Source of the DNA: Amoebophrya sp. A120
Taxonomy: Eukaryota > Protista > Dinoflagellata
Direction of reading: 5' to 3'
Length of the DNA stretch: 64,000 nucleotides
Assembly (NCBI GenBank): GCA_905178155.1
Contig: CAJINV010000001.1
Span: 10,782,311-10,846,310, forward strand
Below are positions 1 to 13,026 of this stretch, in pieces. Made by a program: the position numbers and the translations under genes. The notes beneath the pieces were generated by a model that saw only the letters and a list, made by a program, of their open reading frames with translations, searched no databases and was not told where the DNA came from. Position 1 is the first letter of the stretch. Every line of letters starts with the position of its first letter.

Positions 1-63
1 AAACTTCTACCCGCGTTAGAGTCTGCCAGCCCGCACCGCGCCAGCCTGGTTCCGCTGAACGCT

Positions 64-2376
64 TTGCTCAAGCAACTCCCGCTGCCTGCCGCCGCAGTGC
101 TGCTTGAGTGCCGGTTCGACGGTGAGATGGGGAAGGATCTGCGCGAGGAGCTGCTTCTTCCTAGCGCTACCGATTCTTCCACAGGCAGAAACTACACCTC
201 ATCATCGTCGTTGCCCTCATCGCGTCCACCAGACGGCGTATTTATCTGCAAGGGAGAGGAGCTGAATCTGGAGAAATGCTTTGGAAGGAGAAGGGAAAAT
301 GTAACAAAAGCTGTCAGCGGGGGCACAACATCAACATCAACCGAGGCAGTTGAAGGTAACACCACGAGCAGTCCTCCGGCCGCCTACGTCGATTACGACA
401 CGACGCCAATCCAGCTTGTCGCGCCCGACGCTTTTACGCTGTCCACGGTGCTCCAGAAACTCGGCAACGCCGCCCGGGTGGCCATGCGACAGCGCGAAGA
501 GCGTTGCGTGCAAGAGGGGCGGAGGACAAGAAGCTGTCACTACCATCAGAAAGCAGAGTCATTGTACCGCAAGTACGCGAAGCCCTGCAGCGCGGATATC
601 CGGTGCGCCATGCAGGTGGTGCGGTGTTTCCCGTCCCGAGCGTGGCGCGAGTTGTCAAAATTTGTCGATCACTCGGTACCAAAAGAGACACAGGACACTC
701 ATTTCCTCGGCTCGGCGCTGGACGTTGTCGCGCGGGCTTGCGATCAGAACCACCAACATCAAGAAGAAAGTCGAACGGTGATGCTAGCGCATTTCCTGAC
801 GAAAAATTTGGATCACAACGACAGTGCGCAGCTAGAGCAAAGGCAAGACACAGCATCGTCTTCAGAGTCGTCTGCCGATTGTTCATCTTCCCATGCGCGC
901 ATTCTGGGCGAAAAATCCAGTGACGATCCACTGCTAGCCGCACTGAAGATCTTCATCACCGCGAGGCGCCGGGGATTGGCAAACACGGTGGTACACAATG
1001 CCATGCTACTGGCGCTGCACAAATCCGGGCGGTGGATGGAGGGATTGGAACTGCTCGCCCACATGCTGCAAGTTGAGGAGAACGGCGGCAATGATTTTGC
1101 AACTACAGGTGCGGCGAATGATAGTACACCGAACCCAAAGCCTGTTGTTGACAAGATTTCCTTCGGAACAGTAATCTCCGCGCTCCCGCCCGGCGAGTGG
1201 CTCCTGGCTTTGAATCTTTTGCGGAAGATGCAGGACCTGAAAATGGAGATCAACACCCAGATTGCCTACGCCGTGCTGCACAATCTGGAGCGGTCGTATA
1301 ATCTCGAAAGCAACCAGAACGAAAATTCGGCAGAACTTCTGGAGCAGCAGCGCTGTCTGTCTTCCGGAACAAACTCGGGCGGTAGAATCCGCGTGTTCGC
1401 AATTACCCGTGCCGGAGACGGAGACCACCATGGCGGAGAGGGGCCGTCGAAGCAACATGTTCGACTGGCAACTGCGAAAAATGATTCTGTCGCAACAAAT
1501 AAGACTGTGAGTGTCCATGGACTTCCGCGGTGCCTGCTGCCTGAGACGATTCTGACCGCGAGCGTTGCTGCTACCGGACCCGATCGGCAGGAGGCGGGCG
1601 CGAGCTGGAAGTTTTTTTGGGCTCCCGAAGAAGGACCGCCCCAGAGTTGCCAATTATCCCCGGTGGATGGAGGCGCGATCCCGGCCAGTATGTCCGTGAT
1701 CAAGGCAAGTACCGTGCAGATTGCACGCAAAATGATCCTCGGACCCTTCCACCCACAGAAAACGAAAGTGCCCTGGACCGAGGGGCTCTTTCGAGCCGGT
1801 TTTGCGTTCCTTTTGGATGGCGCGACAAATTTGACGCACCCTGGCTGGCAGGCCGCCGTGCAGCTGTGGCAAACGAGGAGCGCCGACGTGTATCCGCAGG
1901 GGCGATTTGATTTGAAAAAGCTACAGGGGATAGGAACGGGACTGCAGCCTGTGGGTCATGAAGATACTTCAGCGAGCAATCCCCTGATCTTGGATTTTCA
2001 TCCGGTGAACATGTGCACCGACCGCAGTTATTGCGCCCCAGTGGTGAAAGTTTGTTTGTTCTGCGCTTTGGGCCAGGTCGAGAAAAGTTTTGGCGCTGCT
2101 GCATCTCGGAATGGATTATCTTCAGGCGACTTGAATCAGACGGACGGAGGCACTCGGTCGCGAGTGACTTTGCGCCTCATCACCGGGAAAGGCGAAGCAA
2201 GATTATTTCGGGCTGCCGTGGAGTTTCTCGGTTCGGTTCGCTCCGTTTTTCCCAGCATCCAGACGGTGCACCCACGGGACGCGGGGAATATCTTTGTGAC
2301 AATGGAGAAGCCGCTGGGAAACCGGGATGTGACAGGGGAGGGTCGGAGAACAACCCGGGCGGCGGATAGTGCTTGA
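64..2376 (+). CDS. PPR-like repeat protein with C-terminal Smr-like domain (5' end uncertain, may extend beyond the window)
   Basis: 770-aa ORF; PPR-like helical repeats (VVHNAMLLALHKSGRWMEGLELLAHM; DKISFGTVISAL..EWLLALNLLRKMQ); LILDFH...LRLITGKG resembles the Smr motifs of PPR-SMR proteins. Confidence 0.6.
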   Translation: MLKQLPLPAAAVLLECRFDGEMGKDLREELLLPSATDSSTGRNYTSSSSLPSSRPPDGVFICKGEELNLEKCFGRRRENVTKAVSGGTTSTSTEAVEGNTTSSPPAAYVDYDTTPIQLVAPDAFTLSTVLQKLGNAARVAMRQREERCVQEGRRTRSCHYHQKAESLYRKYAKPCSADIRCAMQVVRCFPSRAWRELSKFVDHSVPKETQDTHFLGSALDVVARACDQNHQHQEESRTVMLAHFLTKNLDHNDSAQLEQRQDTASSSESSADCSSSHARILGEKSSDDPLLAALKIFITARRRGLANTVVHNAMLLALHKSGRWMEGLELLAHMLQVEENGGNDFATTGAANDSTPNPKPVVDKISFGTVISALPPGEWLLALNLLRKMQDLKMEINTQIAYAVLHNLERSYNLESNQNENSAELLEQQRCLSSGTNSGGRIRVFAITRAGDGDHHGGEGPSKQHVRLATAKNDSVATNKTVSVHGLPRCLLPETILTASVAATGPDRQEAGASWKFFWAPEEGPPQSCQLSPVDGGAIPASMSVIKASTVQIARKMILGPFHPQKTKVPWTEGLFRAGFAFLLDGATNLTHPGWQAAVQLWQTRSADVYPQGRFDLKKLQGIGTGLQPVGHEDTSASNPLILDFHPVNMCTDRSYCAPVVKVCLFCALGQVEKSFGAAASRNGLSSGDLNQTDGGTRSRVTLRLITGKGEARLFRAAVEFLGSVRSVFPSIQTVHPRDAGNIFVTMEKPLGNRDVTGEGRRTTRAADSA

Positions 2377-3034
2377 TAATGAAAATCTAATGAGGGCTAG
2401 AAGTACTCCGATATGTTGTTGTGCCGCTCCACGTATTCTCGGAAATGAGTTTAAATGTACGCGTTTCATCAGGCACTCGCACTTCCTCCCGCGCAAGGGA
2501 AAAATGAACGTCAATCTTTTGACTGTCTCTCTCCGCCAGTCCGAGTTTCAACACTGCACGTCATGCAGAAAGTTGGTACGGGGTGCCCTAGACTTTCCCG
2601 TTGTGATTGACAAATTCAGTGTTGGCGGCGTCTTTGCAATTTCCAATCTTACCCGGCCCTGTGTGTGAGCAAGCGCATGTGTCGTGCATTCGGGTCCTTG
2701 CGGCATATCAACTGAAAGAGAGGTTACTGTACGTGCAACTTGAATATGGAGACTGTGGGCATTTTTTGTCGAAGGAAATTTCTAACAAGAGTGAAGATAA
2801 GTCGTGAAAAGACCACAAGATTTCTTACTGAATGACATACGTTGCGGCCCTTGCACTTCTCCAACTCATACCTAGTCTGATCAGATGTACGAAGTGCGAA
2901 ATAATGAAATGCATTTTAACCTTCAGACCTTTGATGTAAGGTAGAGACGTCAGTGCTTTTTCTTGGTTGTACGAAGTGTTTTGCATCGAAAAACTAAATG
3001 GCACTATCTGTGTAAATAAAAGCCATCAACAAGA

Positions 3035-4964
3035 ATGAACACGAATTTTGTACAGTCCCCCTCTTCCTCGGGGGGACTGGTCCAGGACATGCTCGGGTCA
3101 AGAAGCGCTTCCATGTCATCCAGCACACAACACTACTCCGATCCCGGCACGTCTGCACGCGCTACGACAAATGGAGAAATCGCGCTCGGAGGCATCGGTG
3201 AGTGGATTTTCTTCGGGGTCGCGTTCGTGCTTCTCATGGTGTTCGACAGTGTGTGCTTGTTGCGGGGCATCAGCAAAATGACCTTGAAGCAAAGCGCCTT
3301 GTATGTGTTGTTCTACTTCCTCTGTGCGCTAGGCTTCTGGGGCTTCATCGTTTTCGTGCGCGGGGTCACCCCCGCGCTGCAGTGGAGCACCGGGTAAGGG
3401 AGTAGTGCATTGATTTGTGCTGGGGCTTGTTTAATTTTTTTTTGTGGTTTTTTGAATAAAACTGGCACCAGCATGTATCTATGCAATGTCATACATTCAT
3501 TTCTCTCCTCGCCCACCAGTTACCTCCTGGAGTGGATGCTTTCCGTGGACAACCTGTTCGTGTACCGGGTGATTTTTGAAATGTACAAGTGCCCGAGTTA
3601 CCTGCAGCAAAAACCGCTGTTCCTCGGCATCATCGGCGTCATCGTGCTGCGCTTGCTGCTGTTCGCGGTGGGAGAATGGCTTTACCACAGCATCTCCTTC
3701 GTCTACCTGATCCTGGGCGGGTTTCTCGTTTACACGGGCGTCAAAGTCGTGGTCACGGACGAGGATGACGACGAGGACCCGACGCAAGGCCGCGTGATCC
3801 AGTGGCTGGCCAAGCGCATACCGCTCGTCAGCTACTACGACGCGGACGGGCGGTTTTTCGTGCAGGTGAGCAAGCACAGCTACGACGACACGCTGGCCGA
3901 CTCGCCCACGTCCGCGGACCGGATGCACCAACATGTGGACCTTCAGAACAGCAACCTAGCAGCGGGGCTGGAGCAAAAGGGCGGCAGCTCGAGTACGAGC
4001 AAGAACATCGAGCTGGCGGAGGTCGTCGGGAACAACAGTAGCAGTGGTAACATGAAGGACCTAGACTTGGAGATTGGCGGCAGTGGCAGCGGCGCAGCGG
4101 GGGCAGCGGGATCTACTTCCGCAGGACCGGGCAGCAAGACGGCCGGCGAAGATCGTGCAGGCGGAAGCAACGAGAGCGACAACATACTAGCGGCCGGCAG
4201 CCCAAATTCGGATCGAACAAATGGCGAGCTTTCGGACGAAGGGATACCGAAGAAGCACCGGTCCCTGGTCAGGAGGTTCCCCTACAGGTCACCCTCGAAA
4301 AGCAGAAGCGACAGTGGGGGTGCCGGGGGGACACCGGCTGAAGAGGTAAGTACGTCGTCGTGTTCCATTTGGTTATCACATTGCTAAGTCCCGGCCTGCT
4401 CGCGAGGGAAGAAAGTATGTATGGAAACTTCGATGTTGCATCGCTTTCCATCTCGTATCTGATGACTTATTCGTATGACCACGCAACTGATTCTCCATTA
4501 TTCCAAAACAGCTGCAGACTCGCTGCACCATGTCGTTTCTTGTAGCGTGCTGTCTCGCCGCCACCGACGTGGTTTTCGCCGTCGACTCGGCGTCCGCCAT
4601 CATTGCGCAGATACCGGATATCTACCTGGCCTACACGGCTTGCGCCTTCGCAACGCTCGGCCTCCGTGCGACGTTTTTCATGGTGTCCGAGCTCATCGCG
4701 CTGTTTTCGCTGCTCAAGTATGGCGTGGGCTTCGTGCTCGTCTTCACGGGCGGTAAACTGATGCTGGAAAAGGTCGTGAAAATACCGGACTCCGTCACCG
4801 CGGGCATCATGCTCTCCACGTTCGCCATCTGCATTCTGGGGAGCTACCTGCTGGAAAAGTTCAACCTGCAGAAGGCCACGGAGCAAGACCCCAACGAGGC
4901 GCAGAAGGGCCGGGCACTAGCGACGCTTGGTACTAGAGAGATTTTTAGTAATTCTACTTGTTGA
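3035..4964 (+). CDS. TerC/Alx family integral membrane protein (exons 3035-3393, 3520-4345, 4512-~4964; 3' end uncertain)
   Basis: GT-AG introns 3394-3519 and 4346-4511 join in frame to give TerC motifs GYLLEWMLSVDNLFV, GIIGVIVLR, DVVFAVDS and FATLGLR; long S/G-rich insertion in the middle. Confidence 0.85.
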
Positions 4965-5145
4965 AGAAGCTCCAGCTTCGCGACGACTGATCATAGGGAT
5001 GGCTGTGTGAAGTAGTTCTTTTACGAAACATCATCTGCAGTACATGTTCCAGACGTTGTCCCTATCTTGCAGCCGACAGGAGCCTTAGGATTAGCCACGA
5101 CAAGTGAAGATGATACTCGCACCTCTAGATTAAACGGGTGCAGCT

Positions 5146-5830
5146 GGTACGTCGAGCAAATCTACTTCGGGGAAGTGAAGATCAAGATCCTTTACTCGTT
5201 TATACTCTAAGGGATCCTTTTCCTCATTGGGTATGCCTGCATGACCGAAGTGTGGGTGGAGCGGATGCACGACACCATCACTGAGAAGAATGACAACGCG
5301 TTTTTCCTCCTGCCGCAGCCGGAGAAGCCCGTGCGCGCGTTCTACTATGAAGAGTGAGTAGGAAAAGGAGTAGCACTAGCAGTAGCTGCACCTGTTACAA
5401 CTGCAATCTCGAGGCTGCTGCGGCAGCTGCATCCACGATAGTGATGATCACTCACCGATGAACACTCACCGTTCCAACTTCATCAGGCGGCGACGACGAA
5501 GCGGGGAGCAAGGAGCTCCTGTACCACGAGCCGAAGGGGGCGGCTGGTGGTGCCTCGTTTTCCAGTAGCACGACCGCGATCAGCAAAAACGGAGTCCTCG
5601 CGGGAATACGAAACGGATCTTCAGCGGGATCGTCCTCGGGAACCGCCAACAGCACAAGCCCGTTTGACGGCAGCAACGTCGGGAGCAACCTGGCCAGTGA
5701 CGTGGAGGCGCCGATTGTGCCACGACAACTCTCCAACGCATCGAGGAACGGGAGTCCCGCGAAAAGCAAACCGACATAGAAGAAGTGACAAGCACCATCA
5801 CACGCTGGAAGGCCAGAAGTGCCGGGCTGG
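5146..5830 (+). pseudogene. Possible decayed gene fragment
   Basis: Coding-like reading (WYVEQIYFGEVKIKILYSFIL*GILFLIGYACMTEVWVERMH...; TLTVPTSSGGDDEAGSKELLY...) broken by stops and a frameshift; no recognisable family. Confidence 0.3.
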
Positions 5831-6397
5831 GACGATCGGGTACACGAAGGGGGCCATGACGCGGCAAGACTTCGGCGAGACTGCGGACGAAGATGCTTGT
5901 AGTCGGTCTCTGCCTTCTTGTGACGTTTGACACGCAAGTCCAAGGAACGGCGTGACGTGAGGACGGAAGTTGTAAGTACTTCTTCGCAGGAATGCTGGAA
6001 ACTATTGGGCGCGGGATGTTGTAAAAAAACGAAATGAACACGCAATCAGTCAACGCCATTGACTCTGCAAAGTACGACATGATTCTTTCACAACTGATTC
6101 ATTTTTTCATGGATTGTGCGATACAATCGTGCATACCCGGTTGTTCAGGTGATGCGGGTATATACTTTTTTCTGGCAGATAAGTTTGGCAATTTCAATTG
6201 TGCGGGGTTTATGAAAATGCCTGGAACAAGGATCGCGAGTGGAGCGTGTCAGGGAGGAGAATTAGAGCGCATTCAAGACCGCGGTAGACAGAGAGTGGCT
6301 ATCTTCTGAGCTATCTATTGCGCACGGCGCCTTGCGTGAAAACGCTACTCAAATGTGAAAAAAGAACGGCGTCGTTTTGTTCCTATCAGTGACGAAG

Positions 6398-7318
6398 ATG
6401 CTTGTTTCGTCACGATCTCTCGGGCAGCAGGTATCTTCTCCCTTGATCGTGATGCGGCCGCGAGCTTTCCGGCGGCTAGTGTCCGCGACGCAAACTGAAA
6501 CACGCTCGAGTTCTTCGTCTTCTTCAACTCGCCTGTGGCGACCTGGTGTCGTCCACTTGCAAGTGCGCCCACGAAGATTTGATGCGGTCTACTCTGCCTC
6601 AGCAACCCCGACCGGCCCGGCGCATAATCTTAATCGACCGTCACATCAGTCCTGTCGGTTTCTCAGCACAGACAGCATCCGTTCCAGGCTGCAGGCGCTG
6701 GAGACCGCACAACTGGAGAAATTTCGCACGGAAAATGCCGCGGCCTGGGAGGCGCTCGAAGCCCAACTCGAGCACATTGACCCGTCGGCCGTGAAGCCCC
6801 CCGTCCGGAAAAAGCGCAGCAGTGGCGTCGAAGCCCTGGCGAGCAGCGTCAACGGCACGCCCGGCAGCGCCGAGGATGTGGCCGAGCAGATGCAGGAAGA
6901 CGAAGAGCCGGTGGATCCGCCGCAGCCGCGACAGCTGCAGCTGTACTTCCTGGGGAATTTCTTGCCCTTTCTCGCGTTCGGCTTCCTCGACAACACCATC
7001 ATGCTGGTGTTTGGCGAGTTCTTCGACGCGTACCTGGGCGCCTTCCTCGGGATCAGCACCATGGCGGCGGCGGCGTTGGGAAACATCGTGGGCGACGTGT
7101 CCGGGATCTGGCTGGGTGGCACGGTGGAATACCTGGCCGGGCTGCACGTGGACGACCACAGACTCACCTCTAGGCAAATGAAACTGCACGAGGTCCAGCG
7201 CATGAAAACCGTGGCCATGGCAACCGGGATTTTCACCGGGTGTCTGCTCGGCATGTTCCCCCTGCTCTTCACGAAAAGTCGCGAAGAGCGCGAGCGGGCC
7301 GCAGAGGACGGAGCGTAG
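6398..7318 (+). CDS. TMEM65: TMEM65-like mitochondrial membrane protein
   Basis: Signature PFLAFGFLDNTIMLVFGEFFD..LG..LGISTMAAAALGNIVGDVSG and GIFTGCLLGMFPLLF; R/S-rich N-terminus resembles a mitochondrial presequence; ATG at 6398. Confidence 0.85.
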   Translation: MLVSSRSLGQQVSSPLIVMRPRAFRRLVSATQTETRSSSSSSSTRLWRPGVVHLQVRPRRFDAVYSASATPTGPAHNLNRPSHQSCRFLSTDSIRSRLQALETAQLEKFRTENAAAWEALEAQLEHIDPSAVKPPVRKKRSSGVEALASSVNGTPGSAEDVAEQMQEDEEPVDPPQPRQLQLYFLGNFLPFLAFGFLDNTIMLVFGEFFDAYLGAFLGISTMAAAALGNIVGDVSGIWLGGTVEYLAGLHVDDHRLTSRQMKLHEVQRMKTVAMATGIFTGCLLGMFPLLFTKSREERERAAEDGA

Positions 7319-8230
7319 TTGGAGGAGTCGGCCGCGAAAAGGCAACTTACTCGGCAGTGCGCCGGAGCATCCGGACCGGCACCGGCGGAGGCGAAGACCC
7401 GGTGCGATGGACTAATTTCAACGACTTGCCGGTACAAGAACTCGCTTCCAAGAATCGTACGACAGTGCCAGAGCGGTTTGCGATAGAAACGAAACCGCGT
7501 TGGCTATCACGCGTTGCGTTCGGGCATGCGGATCTTGGTATGTAAAGGAAGCCTGCGAGGCTGGTCTCTTGTGGCGAGTGCACGAGGCTGGATAAAAAAC
7601 ATAGCCGCACTGCCATGAGATAAACCGGCGTCTCCGTTGTTTTGCGAATACCACCGCGAAAGAACACGTGACTGCGCGGTGCAAGGGTATCTTTGTGACT
7701 GCGCTGCAGGCACCAGGAGAAGGAGTGCGAGTCTACTTACAGCTTCACTGTGTAAAATAGAATTTGAGGCATCAATTACCAGGACCTCAAGAATTCTTTG
7801 TAAGAGGTGTTGTCGTCGTACCTCTTGAACGTTAACCACCAGTAAGCGTTTGCGAGCGCATCGCTCTTGGATATCATACATTGGTCTATCAAGCTTTATT
7901 TGCGGGCGGAAGTTTCAGTTTCGCTTGGTTTGTTCCTCGTCCAGTACACAATTTACGTTCCTTTTCTGTAAATCGTTGGTTCAGGTTTCTGGTTTCGTTT
8001 CGTCAGAGCAAAAAGTTTGAAAGGGCCTAAAATCGTCATGGTGGATAACTGTAGTAGTCCCTAGAAGATTATGCGGGCGGGGCATAACACTAACGTGGAC
8101 AGAAGGATCAACACTGAGCCAATTATGCCAACGAACCTGAGCGAGGAATGCGAAAGAGGACGAATGATCAGGCATGGGGAACAAGAATGATCATGAGTGA
8201 AATGAAAGAGAGTCGAGTCGCAGAACAACA

Positions 8231-11200
8231 ATGCAGTCCTTCATCTGCGAGGTGGAAAGCCACTCGGGGTCCGACCGGGCGTCCGCTAAAACGCTGCGAC
8301 CTCCCAGTCCGAGCAAGAAGCAAGGCGACGGGGGTAGTGAGGCGTCCGACACAAATGCGTTCAACGCAACCTCGGAGAAGGCTGCTACCGCGTCCGCGGC
8401 CTCTTCGGACCGGGGAACCAGCACGGGGGGCGGAACAACTGCTGCCGGATCTCCAAACAAGACGCAACTACGCGCCGCTACGTCGCCGGCCCTCGGCAGA
8501 AACGGAAATGATAAATCGGTTTTCCCGAAGGCAGCGAAGCGATCCGCCAGTGGCACATCCAGCATCGGAAGCGGCCACAGCGCCGGCAGGCCGGGCTCCG
8601 CTGCGTCGTCCCAAGCTGGCGGCGGGCCCCCGAAGGGTCGCCCGGCCTCGGCGGTCTCTTCCTCCTCCCGTGCCTCGGCTTCGGCCGGCGGCGGGGGTGG
8701 ACCGCAGCAGGAGCAGGGGACGGTTGGCGGGGTTCCGGTCCTCGGCGCCGCTTATCCGGTGTTTGAGCAAAAAATCTCCGAGGACCCCGAAAATCCCGGG
8801 CAAATTTTGTTCACGCGGGTGGAGAACTGGGACTATATGCGCAAGGCTGTCGCGGCGTCCCACACTGATTACGTCAGCAGCCAGTCATGGGCCCAGACAG
8901 ACGTGTTTGGGTGGACGATCCTCCACTTCGCGGCCGACGGAAACAGCGAGGCGGTGTTTCACTTGCTGAAAGACACGAGCGCGGACCTCAAGTTTTACCC
9001 AGCGAACGCTACCCAAATACCAAAGGACAAGTGGACGACGCCGGAAAAATCTCCGAACTCCCTCTGGGAAGCGCTTCTCGAGCGACCAGAGCGGGATTTG
9101 CAAAAGCCGCTGCACGTCGCGGCCCGTGCGAACGCCAAGGAGGTGGCGCAGCTGCTGCTCTCTGCGCGAGCCAATCCTGGCGGCCGGGACTTCAACCTCT
9201 TCACCCCCTTGATCGCGGCGAGTATTCACGGAAACGACGTCACGGTGGAGGCGCTAGCGCGGGTTTGTTCCAAGGCACTCGTGGACGCGGCAGACAAGGA
9301 CGGGCGGACGGCGATTCACTGGGGCACGATTCACGGGCACGTGGAGACGTGCAAACTGTTGATTTGCAACGCGGCGAGTCTGAACAAAGAGGACAACTTT
9401 GGACGCACGCCCGTGCAGGCCGCGCAAGACCACCGCGAGCAGCTGATCGTGGTTCGCGAGGTGCATGCGCTGAACTTGGAAATGCTGGAGGCGGCGAAGA
9501 ATCGGGAGACGGCGATTGTGCGCGAGTGTCTGGCCAAGGGCGCGCAACTGGATGCGGTGGATGACGACGGCTGGAGCGCACTCGTGTGGGCCGCGCTGAA
9601 CCGGAAGATCGATCTGCTGCAATTGCTGATTGCGAAGGGTGCGTCCGTCTACATGCGGGACCACGTGGGGAAGACGGCGGCGGACTACGCAGCCCAGATG
9701 GGGGACAACGCGAAGGTATTGGAGCAGTTGTTTGAGTGCAACAAGGGCCTGTACCACGCCGCGGAAACCCGACATCCCGTGGTGCCCTTTTTGGAACTGA
9801 AAGCCTACCCGGAGTACGTGGCCGAGCACAACTTCAGCAAGTGGACGCCACTGATGTGGGCCGCGTTCAACGCGGACAAGAGCGCGGCGGCGGTTCTGAT
9901 CGACGCGAAAGCCGACCCCACGCGGCAAGACTTGCACGGCGAAGACCCGCGGTTCCACTGCTGTCGCGGCGGGCAAAACGGCTTTCTGGCCGCTGTGAAC
10001 GGAAATGCCAACCCGGCGCTCGAGCAGGAGGCGCGGGAGATTTTCGAGCAACTGTTGAAGGTGAACCCCAAGGGGGTGAGCTCTCTGGACGAGCCGAATC
10101 TGGACGGGGAGACGGTGCTGCACATCGCGGTGGAGAACAACAAGCCCCTGCTCGTCGACTGCATCCTGTCGCAGGACATCCGGCTGATGCAGACGGTTTA
10201 TCCCAGGTCCACGATTCTTCCCTTCACGAGGGCGTGCATGAAGGGCTACGGGGAAGTGGTGAAGGTGTTTCTGCGGTTTTTCTGCGAAACCACTGAGGTC
10301 CCGCTGCACGACCCGAGCTCAGACGAGTACAGCTCCGTCCCCCCGAGCGAGCCGGTCACCGCCTCGCTAGCGAGCTCCAACCCCTACGCCGCGCCGATCC
10401 GCGAGCGGATGCCGCCGGAAATTGCGGCGCAGCACGCGGCGTTTCGCGCGGCGGACTACTACCGAAGCACCGCGGGGTCGCAGTCGTACGGTGCGCCGTC
10501 TGGGTTGGAAGACGGAGAAAGTTCGCTCCTTCTTTCGGATCAGGAGTTAGTTGCGGCAGGACAATTTCAAGTGGAGCATGGTTCAGTTGGCGTCAATAGC
10601 ACTACCGCGGCCAGAGGACCAGCGAAAAGCAACGCTCAAAAAGGTCCTGCTTCCCCGCGCGGCGTCACGTTTGCGGACCCGGCGAAGCGACTGAAGAACA
10701 ACTCGTGGCTGACTGCGGACACCTTTGAACCCGGCGATATTTTGCTGAAGAACGTGCAGCACGGGGGCTTTTGGAAGATGAAGGAAGGGGGAAGCGTGAT
10801 GCCCACGGTCCCGGGTCACTTTGTGGAGATTTCGGTCGGTCGGAACCTGCACGATGAGGTCGGTCGACGGCTTGGCGAGACCGAGGGCGGGGCGGGGAAG
10901 AGAAGTATAAGTGTACTCGCTTACAGAGCTTGTTTGCAACTAATTCGTTTCATGGACCGCTATGCCATCCCACCTTCTCTGCCGTACGCGTGTGTCTTTA
11001 TCAGGAACAGGTCTCAACGTCTTCTGAATATTCTTTCATCGAACCATTTTCACTTTGACAGTTCTTCAGCTGCACCGTCCCGACTGCGAGACGGAGATTC
11101 TTTCTTCCGGCGCCATGGTCATCAGTCGGAGTCAGTGGTCGGCGCTGAAGGTGAGCTACCGCAACGCTGTGCTCGAGTACGCAAACGGGAGGCTAGCTTT

Positions 11201-13026
11201 CAGCACTGCCGGGGAACTCCTGCAGATGATGAACTCCTATCCTCGGGTGCAAAACGAGCAGCAGTTCGCGCAGGCGCGGCGGGAAATCGAGCCGGGGTGT
11301 ATTCTGTACTTCGAAAACGCACCCGCTAGTGGGGCCGAGGTGGAGCAGCAAACCAGCGCGATGAAACAGCCGGCGAACAAGCCGCCCGTACCACTGCGCA
11401 GCGACGAAGAAGAGGACGGCGTGGCAGTCGGGGCAGGCGAGACCTACCTCTTCTGCGAGGATTTCGTGCGACTAGCGGAAACGGACCGGATTCTCGTGTT
11501 CGAAGCCGCGAGCTCTGCTACAGAAACCACGGTCACCGCACTGGAACAGCAAATGGAGGACCGACCGTTTTCCTACGGCAGTCTGGACCTCGCCGCGCAC
11601 AGCTGGAACTTGCGGAACGCGGTGCTCGAAAGCCAAAAACTAGACGACTATCTGACGCCCTTTGTGGCGGATGTCCGCTGTCTGGCGTTGACCGAAGACG
11701 CTCTCCCGAATCCCCCACCGGAAGCTTTGCTGCCCCCGCCGGAGGTAGCGAGGGAAGAAGGGAATAATGGTTCTCCTGCGAGGGACCAGAAGGAAGGTAT
11801 TTTACTACTTAGAAGATGATCTGTCTGTATCAGATTTCGTCCTGCTAGTGTGAAAATTCGATTGTACCCTCGTAGCTTGTTGAAAAACGTATACGACATT
11901 ATCTGCAACAGTCCCGTCCGCAGCACAGCCCAGCGCGGAGCCAGCTGCACCCACTGGCACCCACGACGACGCCGCAGCGGCATCCTCGCCTGACGACATC
12001 AACGCGTCCCCGGAAGATCATTCTGGGACAGACGGGGACAAGAAGAAGAAACCCGTGGACCTCCGGTTGACCGAACGCGCGAGCTTGGCGTCCCGCTGGG
12101 TTGAGAAATACCCGACGCCGAAATCAAAGCGGACCAAGCGGATCCCGGTATTCAACTCGTTGGAGGGACACCACGAACCCGGGGAGTTGTCTCCGCTCCA
12201 TCTCGTGATCCAAGCGGGGTGCGTCGCCGGGCTGATCGCAATTCTGAATCACAAGTTCGAGTTCGCGTACCGAAGACTGTTGGTGTACCTAGCGCCGAAC
12301 TTGCTCGTTCTTGCCGCGCAGGCGGGGAGTTGGGATTGCACCAAGTTCCTGCTGGAATCCGATGTCAAGCCCGCGTGGCAGTTCGAGCGGTGTTGGCAGG
12401 CCGTGTTGAAACGGGCGCAGCGGGAAGCGACGGTGCGGAAGTTTCCCTCGGTGGCAAAGCTGCTGCAGCCCTTCGCATATCTTCCGGAAAGAAATTTGGA
12501 ATACCGCTGCTACCTGTACGGGTTTCCCCGCGGCCTGGATGAGGACCAGTTTCGGGACTGGCTCGACGACCATTTGATGGACATCAAGGGCAGCAGCTAC
12601 GCGCAGAACCACGAGTACCACTGCGGTCCGATGGCGGAGCACCTTTATAACGTGGAGGAAAAGGCGGCGTTCTGGCTCACGACGAGGGACTGGGAGACCT
12701 TCTGCAGTGTGCTGGACGTGTCCGGGGAAAATTACACCTACCGCAAGCCCTTGACGGATTTCGCCCGGGAACGGATGTCTCGCATGGTCATGCACATGGA
12801 AAAGGAGGATGCCGCGGGGGAAAGGCGGTCGAAAAACACAATCTGCGTCATGGCCTGCTACCACAGCGAGTTCGTCGCGCAGTACCTGTCAGCCGTGTAC
12901 CGGGTGCGGAAGCAGGGCGACTCGCCGAAGAAGAGCCGGGGCATGTCCCCGACCGGGAAGCAGCGGCGGTTGCGAGCGCTGGGGCCTTTTCTCGGGGGCG
13001 AGCAAGTGCGCAGCGAGGACTATTAG
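8231..13026 (+). CDS. Large ankyrin-repeat protein (exons 8231-10904, 11062-11796, 11912-13026)
   Basis: Many ankyrin repeats (GWTILHFAA, PLHVAA, GRTAIHWG, GWSALVWAA, GETVLHIAV, SPLHLVIQAG); GT-AG introns 10905-11061 and 11797-11911 join the ORF frames correctly. Confidence 0.85.

Noticed and set aside
61-72. TTTGCTCAAG resembling the 3' end of the dinoflagellate spliced leader
   Set aside because: Match is too short and imperfect; the rest of the leader is absent
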